Positions 58,051-64,000 of a stretch of 64,000 nucleotides of DNA are shown here, piece by piece (positions within the stretch are counted from its first letter, which is position 1; every line of letters starts with the position of its first letter). Origin of the DNA: Patescibacteria group bacterium (GTDB taxonomy: Bacteria; Patescibacteriota; Gracilibacteria; UBA4473). The translations under genes and the position numbers were made by a program. The stretch lies in contig CBFIAK010000001.1 of the NCBI GenBank assembly GCA_965660445.1, positions 576,001-640,000 of the forward strand, written 5' to 3'. The notes under the pieces were generated by a model. It was not told the origin of the DNA. It searched no databases and worked only from the letters and a program-made list of their open reading frames with translations.

Positions 58051-59751
58051 ATGGTGGTATCGTTTCGTGATCTTGGGTTATCGGATGCAGTTTTAGAAGC
58101 TATTGCAGCAAAAGGGTTTGAAGAACCATCTCAAATACAAGAAAAAGCGATACCGCTTTTATTGTCTTCTTCGTCTGACGTAATAGTGCAAGCCCAAACA
58201 GGGACAGGGAAAACAGCGACCTTTGGTTTGGTTTTTACTCAAACACTTACTCCACAACAGAAAAAAACACCACAAGCTTTGGTTTTATCTCCCACAAGAG
58301 AACTCGCCATTCAAATTGCCGAAGAATTGAATTCTTTAAAAGGGCAAAAGAATTTTAAAATTGTTCCTATTTATGGAGGGCAGTCATGGGGTATGCAACG
58401 AGATCATTTGCGTTCGGGTGTTGATATTGTTGTAGGAACTCCAGGGCGTATTATTGATCATTTAGAGCGAGGAACTTTAAATATTGAATCACTTGAGTAT
58501 TTTGTACTTGATGAAGCAGATGAGATGCTTAATATGGGGTTTATTGAGGATGTAGAAAAGATTTTAGAAAAAATAAAAGAACGAAAAAAGATGTTATTGT
58601 TTTCGGCAACAATGCCAAAAAAGATACATGATTTGGCAAAAAAATATATGAGAGAACCGGAACTAATTCAAACCAAATCTAATCAAGCAACGAGTGTTGC
58701 TGTTGATCAGATTTATTTTGAAGTGCAAAGGCGAGACCGGTTTGAGGCCCTTTGTCGTATTATTGACATGGAAGAAGGGTTTTATGGTATTATTTTTTGT
58801 CGAACCAAAATAGAAAGTGATGAAGTTGCGAAACATTTAAATGACAGAGGGTATCGAGCAGAAGCATTTCATGGTGATATAACTCAAGAGCGACGAGAAC
58901 AAATACTCAAGAACTTTAAAAATAAGGGAACAGAAGTGCTTGTTGCTACTGATGTTGCAGCTCGTGGTATCGATGTAAAAGATTTAACCCATGTGATTAA
59001 TTACGCACTTCCACAAAACTCAGAAAGTTATGTACACCGTATTGGGCGAACTGGTCGTGCAGGAAAAAAAGGAAAAGCCATCACCCTTATTACTCCTGAT
59101 GAATACCGAAAAATGAGAATGTTTGGTCAACGAACAAACACGGACATTCAAAAACAGTATATTCCAACGGGAGAACATATGGTGGAGCTTAAACAAAAGA
59201 AAATATTACAAGAATTACAGTCAATTTTAGATACGTCTAAAGGGCTTGGAAAATATGACTCTATAGTGGAAACACTGACAGAGAAACATAACGTAAAAAA
59301 CGTATTGGGGGCTTTGTTGCATTTTAGTTTCTCTAAAATACTCGATATTGATTCGTATACGCATATCAATCAAATAAAAAAAGGTGCACCTGATAAACCT
59401 TTCTCTGAGAATCGAGAAAGATCATTTCATGAAAGCAATAGTTTTTCTCCTCGTACAAAAGGGGATAGTTATGGAAAAGCCCGTCTTTTTCTGACTACTG
59501 GACGAAACGATAAAGCAACACCCGCAAAAATATTACAGATGATTGAGAAAGATTTTGGAGTTTCTCATGAATACGTTGGTGAAATTGATATTATGCAAGA
59601 GTATTCGTTTATTACTGTTCCACTTGCACAAGCAGAAATAATTTTAGATGCATTTTACGCACTTAAAAAGAAAAAAAGACCATCGGTTCGTATTGAACGA
59701 GCTTCTGACACTAAAAAAAGTCCACGAAAAAAGAAACGTTCGTCAAAATAA
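58051..59751 (+). CDS. deaD: DEAD-box RNA helicase with C-terminal DbpA-type RNA-binding domain
   Basis: AQTGTGKT, PTRELA, TPGR, DEAD, SAT, ARGID, HRIGRTGRAG. Confidence 0.9.
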   Translation: MVVSFRDLGLSDAVLEAIAAKGFEEPSQIQEKAIPLLLSSSSDVIVQAQTGTGKTATFGLVFTQTLTPQQKKTPQALVLSPTRELAIQIAEELNSLKGQKNFKIVPIYGGQSWGMQRDHLRSGVDIVVGTPGRIIDHLERGTLNIESLEYFVLDEADEMLNMGFIEDVEKILEKIKERKKMLLFSATMPKKIHDLAKKYMREPELIQTKSNQATSVAVDQIYFEVQRRDRFEALCRIIDMEEGFYGIIFCRTKIESDEVAKHLNDRGYRAEAFHGDITQERREQILKNFKNKGTEVLVATDVAARGIDVKDLTHVINYALPQNSESYVHRIGRTGRAGKKGKAITLITPDEYRKMRMFGQRTNTDIQKQYIPTGEHMVELKQKKILQELQSILDTSKGLGKYDSIVETLTEKHNVKNVLGALLHFSFSKILDIDSYTHINQIKKGAPDKPFSENRERSFHESNSFSPRTKGDSYGKARLFLTTGRNDKATPAKILQMIEKDFGVSHEYVGEIDIMQEYSFITVPLAQAEIILDAFYALKKKKRPSVRIERASDTKKSPRKKKRSSK

Positions 59752-59797
59752 AGAAAAAGTGTTACGCTGATTTATATTTATAATCAATAATATTTCT

Positions 59798-60697
59798 ATG
59801 CAATATATAGTACTTGTTTTCATTTTTAGTTTTTTCATTGTTGGATGTGCATCAAATGAGACACAGGAACTTTCTTCTAATACATCATTACATGAATCAC
59901 ATGAAAATATGGATCATTTAGGGTGTAGTGAAGAAGAAGTTGTGAATGATGCGTGTACTCGTCCTCAAGAAGGAAACGCGAATATTGATTTGTTTGATAC
60001 ACTCTCGTCTGTAGATGTTGATGTTGTGAGAGCTGAGTATATGGAAGGAGTCTATGGTTTTTTGGCTCAACCGAAAGAAGAAGGGGTTTACCCAGCAGTA
60101 GTTTTGATTCATGAATGGTGGGGACTAAACGAAAATATTGAAGACATGGCTCGATTACTCGCTCATGAAGGATATGTTGTTTTGGCGGTTGATATTTACG
60201 AAGGCAGTATTGCTGAAACTTCAGACGAAGCACGAGTTTTAGCAACTCAAGCACGAGAAAATCCAGATCGAGCTATTGAAAATATGGAAAATGCAGTATC
60301 GTATCTGCAATCACTTCCGTTTGTTCAATCTGATAAAATTGCATCTATGGGGTGGTGTTTTGGAGGTCAGCAATCATTAAGTCTTGCTTTAGCAAGTGAA
60401 AACTTATCAGGGACTGTTATTTATTATGGAAACGTGCTTGATGACACCGAAAAACTAAAAAATATTCAATGGCCAGTGCTTGGTATTTTTGGAGCAGAAG
60501 ATACAGGAATCCCTGTAGAAAGTGTTGAATCTTTTTCATCAGCATTATCGGCATTAGAAATACCAAACGAGATTCATATTTATCCAAACGTTGGACATGC
60601 GTTCGCAAACCCATCAGGGGCACGTTATGCACCACAAGAAACATTAGATGCATGGGAAAAAACGTTGCAGTTTTTTGAATCGACACTAAAAAACTAA
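59798..60697 (+). CDS. Dienelactone hydrolase family lipoprotein
   Basis: Lipobox IVGC; HEWWGLN, GWCFGG, HAFANPSG. Confidence 0.92.
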   Translation: MQYIVLVFIFSFFIVGCASNETQELSSNTSLHESHENMDHLGCSEEEVVNDACTRPQEGNANIDLFDTLSSVDVDVVRAEYMEGVYGFLAQPKEEGVYPAVVLIHEWWGLNENIEDMARLLAHEGYVVLAVDIYEGSIAETSDEARVLATQARENPDRAIENMENAVSYLQSLPFVQSDKIASMGWCFGGQQSLSLALASENLSGTVIYYGNVLDDTEKLKNIQWPVLGIFGAEDTGIPVESVESFSSALSALEIPNEIHIYPNVGHAFANPSGARYAPQETLDAWEKTLQFFESTLKN

Positions 60698-61794
60698 AGA
60701 TTTTTGAGGTGTTTATCGAAAAAGATTCGTGTGTTTTCAATGGCAGTATCCCAGTATTGGTTCCAAAACACATGTGGTGCTGATTCGTATTCAAAATATT
60801 CAAAGTCTTTATTGAGAGATTCAAGTATAGAAACCGTTTCTTGAGACCATTCTATTGGTACGTCTTCATCAAGTGTACCATGATGAAGAGAGATTGGTGT
60901 TTTTATACGTTCAAAATAGTTTTGAGAAGAAAGAGCTTTAAATGAAAGTGGATCATCTAGAGATCCAAAATGGGTTTCAAAAATTTCTTGGTTTTGGGAA
61001 TCAAAATTGTTTCGTGTCCATTGTTCAAAGTTTTTTTGATAATCGCCACTTACAGATCCCCAAATAACAGCTGCTTGTACAAGATCTGGTTGGGCTGTAA
61101 TGGCATTAAGAGCTACTCCACCACCCATTGAATGACCAAAGAAGCCAATGCGACTGGTGTCTATTTGGGGGAGGTTTGCTTCTTTAAGAGCATAAACAGC
61201 GTTTATAGCATCAGCAGAGTATCCGAGGTATCCAAGGCGACGTCCGCCGAGGGCTTCGGGGTCTTTATCTGATAAAGCATATCCACGATAGTCTATATGA
61301 AAAGCCACGTATCCATTTTGAGCGAAATATTTTTGTTCTCGTCCAAATCCATAGCCATTCGTATAGGTTTCAGGAGGAAAGTATCCGTGATTTAAGATAA
61401 GAAGTGGGTATTTACCTTTTCCTTTTGGAATATGAATTGTACCAGAAATAGTAAGTTTATTACTGGTATAGGTAGCAAAAAAACTTTCATGAGTTTCAAA
61501 ATCTTCAAGTTTTTTTCCGAGCGTAAAATTCGAACCTTCGAATTTTTGTTTCATAAATGAATGAAACGAAAGAGGGGAGTCTTCTCCACGAAACCGAGGT
61601 TTGAATGTTTCGTCAGGAGTTTGAATTTTCGTTGCTTCAATGGCTAGTGTTTCTTTGGGAGGTGTTTCCGTTTTTATTTCTTGAGAAGTAGGAACCGGTT
61701 TATCTGTATTTGTATTATCTGTTGGTTGATGAGAGATTGTTTGATTGCATCCAAAAAAGGAAAGAGAAACGAGAACAAAAAGTATATATTTCAT
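60694..61794 (-). CDS. Alpha/beta hydrolase (S9 peptidase-like) lipoprotein
   Basis: Lipobox FFGC; LNHGY, DYRG, GHSMGG, HHGT.D.DVP, H.F. Confidence 0.88.
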   Translation of the reverse strand: MKYILFVLVSLSFFGCNQTISHQPTDNTNTDKPVPTSQEIKTETPPKETLAIEATKIQTPDETFKPRFRGEDSPLSFHSFMKQKFEGSNFTLGKKLEDFETHESFFATYTSNKLTISGTIHIPKGKGKYPLLILNHGYFPPETYTNGYGFGREQKYFAQNGYVAFHIDYRGYALSDKDPEALGGRRLGYLGYSADAINAVYALKEANLPQIDTSRIGFFGHSMGGGVALNAITAQPDLVQAAVIWGSVSGDYQKNFEQWTRNNFDSQNQEIFETHFGSLDDPLSFKALSSQNYFERIKTPISLHHGTLDEDVPIEWSQETVSILESLNKDFEYFEYESAPHVFWNQYWDTAIENTRIFFDKHLKNL

Positions 61795-61858
61795 AACAGG
61801 AGTATAAGCGCTTCAGATGTGTTTGAAAAGAAAATAAAACAGACTAGTATAACTATGA

Positions 61859-62563
61859 ATGACAACATGGTCTGATATACTCGCAGAAGAAAAAAAGAAA
61901 CCTTATTTTTTATCAGCGTATAGGTTTCAGAAAAAAGAACGAGCAAAAGGGGTATCAGTTTTTCCTTTAGAACCAGATATTTTTCGAGCGTTTGAATATT
62001 GTGCTTTTGAGGATTTAAAGGTTGTGCTGTTAGGGCAAGACCCGTATCATTCTTTATCAAAAGTAGGAACCGATCTTATCCCAACAGCACATGGGCTCTG
62101 TTTTTCGGTGGTTCGTGGGGCAAAGGTGCCTCCGAGTCTGGGAAATATATATAAACAAATTCAAGGTGAATATGGAGAGAATGTGTTTTCGATTCCATCA
62201 CATGGTGATCTTTCTTCTTGGGCTCGCCAAGGAGTGTTACTGTTAAATACCACATTAACGGTGCAAGCACACAAACCTATGAGTCATGTTGGAAAAGGGT
62301 GGGAACTATTTACCGATAGTGTGATTCGAAAAATATCGGAACAAAAAGAAAACGTTGTTTTTTTGTTATGGGGACGACATGCCCAAGAAAAAAGAAACCT
62401 TATTGATGAAACAAAGCATATAATATTTTCTTCGGCTCATCCGTCACCTTTCAGTGCGCATAAAGGGTTTTTGGGGAATGGACATTTTTCACAGACGAAT
62501 AAGTTTTTAGTGTCTTGTGGAAAAGATCCTATTGATTGGGCGAGTGTGTGTGAAAACGAATAG
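61859..62563 (+). CDS. ung: Uracil-DNA glycosylase, family 1
   Basis: GQDPYH, AHGLCFSV, PPSL.NI, QGVLLLN, HPSPFS. Confidence 0.97.
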   Translation: MTTWSDILAEEKKKPYFLSAYRFQKKERAKGVSVFPLEPDIFRAFEYCAFEDLKVVLLGQDPYHSLSKVGTDLIPTAHGLCFSVVRGAKVPPSLGNIYKQIQGEYGENVFSIPSHGDLSSWARQGVLLLNTTLTVQAHKPMSHVGKGWELFTDSVIRKISEQKENVVFLLWGRHAQEKRNLIDETKHIIFSSAHPSPFSAHKGFLGNGHFSQTNKFLVSCGKDPIDWASVCENE

Positions 62564-62567
62564 TTTT

Positions 62568-62597
62568 AAAAAAAGTCCCGATAAATCGGGACTTTTT
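62568..62597. terminator. Bidirectional terminator
   Basis: AAAAAGTCCCGAT-aa-ATCGGGACTTTTT. Confidence 0.8.
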
Positions 62598-62611
62598 GAG
62601 AGATTGTTTTT

Positions 62612-63136
62612 TTAAAGGTTTTCGGTGTTTTCATCATCTAAACATCGTGGTTCTTCATACGTTTCACAAAACATTCGAGTACATGCCGCTCCATCACTGC
62701 CAGATTCTTTTCGGCAGGTATTACATCCATCAAAAAAAGACGAACAACTTTCATCAATGAGAGTCTTCCAGCTGTCTTGATTAAAAGATGAAACGGGTGT
62801 TTTCTCTGATATATCTTCGGATCCTTCAATTGTATAATCAACAATCATTCCATTTTCTAGAGAGGCATTGATTCTTCCTGGTCGATAATCCATAGTAGCG
62901 GGTTGGGGTTCTCCATCACGCATGATTATTCGAAAAGATTCATTTTTTTCTGATGCAAGTGTCATAGCTTCTGATTCGGTAAGACCAATATAGTCTTGAT
63001 TTTCATCGAAAACAGGTGCAGGAGTTTCAGTTTGTGGTGTTTGAATCGGATTAGAAGTTGTTGTCGGTGATGGTGTACACGCTGATAAGAAAAGACCCGT
63101 AAGAAGAAGTGAAAATGAGAGAATAAAAGATTTCAT
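62612..63136 (-). CDS. Lipoprotein with I78 peptidase-inhibitor-like domain and Cys-rich C-terminal module
   Basis: Lipobox LSAC; YIGL...EA, TMDYRPGRIN; C..FFDGCNTC......ACTRMFC.....P.C. Confidence 0.7.
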   Translation of the reverse strand: MKSFILSFSLLLTGLFLSACTPSPTTTSNPIQTPQTETPAPVFDENQDYIGLTESEAMTLASEKNESFRIIMRDGEPQPATMDYRPGRINASLENGMIVDYTIEGSEDISEKTPVSSFNQDSWKTLIDESCSSFFDGCNTCRKESGSDGAACTRMFCETYEEPRCLDDENTENL

Positions 63137-63205
63137 GGTGATAATAAGAAATAAAATAATCATGTGCGAGTATAGGTTTGTTTGTAAAAAAGGAAAGAAA
63201 ATGAC

Positions 63206-63233
63206 TTGCAAAATAGGGTAGGGGGTATATGAT
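63206..63233 (+). promoter_or_regulatory. Promoter with embedded CsoR/RcnR-type operator
   Basis: TTGCAA-N16-TATGAT; G-tract ATAGGGTAGGGGGTAT (63213-63228) between the boxes. Confidence 0.7.
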
Positions 63234-63239
63234 TGATAT

Positions 63240-63494
63240 ATGAAACCTTGTCAGAAAATAACAGCGCATATTGCTCGTTTGGAGGGGCAATTGAGGACTT
63301 TAAAAGAACAATTAAATACAGAGGGAAGTTGTGAAAACATTGTTCCATTAGCTTTATCAGCTGTGAAATCGTTTGATTCATTGAAATCTTCAATGGTTGA
63401 GCACTTTGTAAAAAATCAGTTGGTGTGTGAACGAGAAATTGCACCAGAGAAATTAAAAAAGTTTGAAGAATTGCTGAAACTTATTAAAGCGTAA
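63240..63494 (+). CDS. CsoR/RcnR family metal- or persulfide-sensing repressor
   Basis: IARLEGQLR.L...L.....C..I.....A; 84 aa. Confidence 0.85.
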   Translation: MKPCQKITAHIARLEGQLRTLKEQLNTEGSCENIVPLALSAVKSFDSLKSSMVEHFVKNQLVCEREIAPEKLKKFEELLKLIKA

Positions 63495-63515
63495 TTATTC
63501 ATTATTTATATTTCT

Positions 63516-64000
63516 ATGACATATGGAAAAACAATTCCGAATTTAGAGATCAATGGATCTCCTGCGCCTTATCCAGTAGTAAACGAGCGATCTGTGCGTG
63601 CAACGGCTGGTATTATGTTTGTAATTGGTTTTTTTACATTTTCGTATGTATTTTTCACAAAAGATTATACTCCAATCGTGTATGTGGTAAGTGTTTTTTG
63701 GCTTGAATTTTTTCTCAAATCAGTATTTCAGCCACATTGGAGTATTTTTGGTGTATTCGGTCGTTGGATTACTCGTCATCAAAAACCAGAATATGTAGGA
63801 GCTATTCAAAAACGATTTGCATGGTCATTGGGGGTTATTATGGCAACGGCAATGATGGTCGTTTCAGTCGGATTTGATATTCGAGGCATAGCCCCATTTG
63901 TTATTTGTATGACATGTCTTTTCTTTATGTGGCTTGAGTCTTCGTGTGGAATATGTGTAGGCTGTAAGATATATGGATGGATGCTTGATAAGAAGTTATT
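63516..64000 (+). CDS. DUF4395-like membrane protein (runs off the window; absent from the ORF track)
   Basis: Manual translation: VVNERSVRATAG, QKPEYVGAIQKRFAW, LESSCGICVGCKIY. Confidence 0.8.
   Translation, partial: MTYGKTIPNLEINGSPAPYPVVNERSVRATAGIMFVIGFFTFSYVFFTKDYTPIVYVVSVFWLEFFLKSVFQPHWSIFGVFGRWITRHQKPEYVGAIQKRFAWSLGVIMATAMMVVSVGFDIRGIAPFVICMTCLFFMWLESSCGICVGCKIYGWMLDKKL

Overview
AT-rich bacterial chromosomal window, most likely from a Patescibacteria (CPR) organism, possibly Peregrinibacteria/Gracilibacteria-like (inference from protein motifs and sparse Shine-Dalgarno sites). It uses TGA as a stop codon (code 11). Left arm (1-18.3 kb): large uncharacterised proteins flanking a CPR-type VirB6-like membrane protein, then a ~3,380-aa secreted surface protein. 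Next are rplS, gatCA, an orphan protein with a divergent RelA/SpoT-like synthetase core, ftsX-recO and an LPxTG protein. tRNA-Met(CAT) follows, with a small VOC-gene islet bracketed by composite heptamer/palindrome repeats. The most striking region is a ~13 kb run of seven co-oriented genes (29.2-42.2 kb) for signal-peptide-bearing surface proteins, six built from shuffled phage-tail-fibre-like modules. There is no phage context and a signal peptidase I gene lies upstream, so this is a candidate host-attachment fibre system. Right arm: rlmH, tRNA-Cys and tRNA-Leu, two ECF sigma/anti-sigma pairs with visible cognate promoter motifs, ahpC-perR-dps-yceI, photolyase-tspO, a MacAB-type exporter, a DEAD-box helicase, two lipoprotein hydrolases, ung, and a CsoR-family repressor with its operator and a truncated DUF4395 gene. 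No CRISPR array, transposase, integrase or rRNA was seen. All family calls come from motifs recognised by eye, not database searches.
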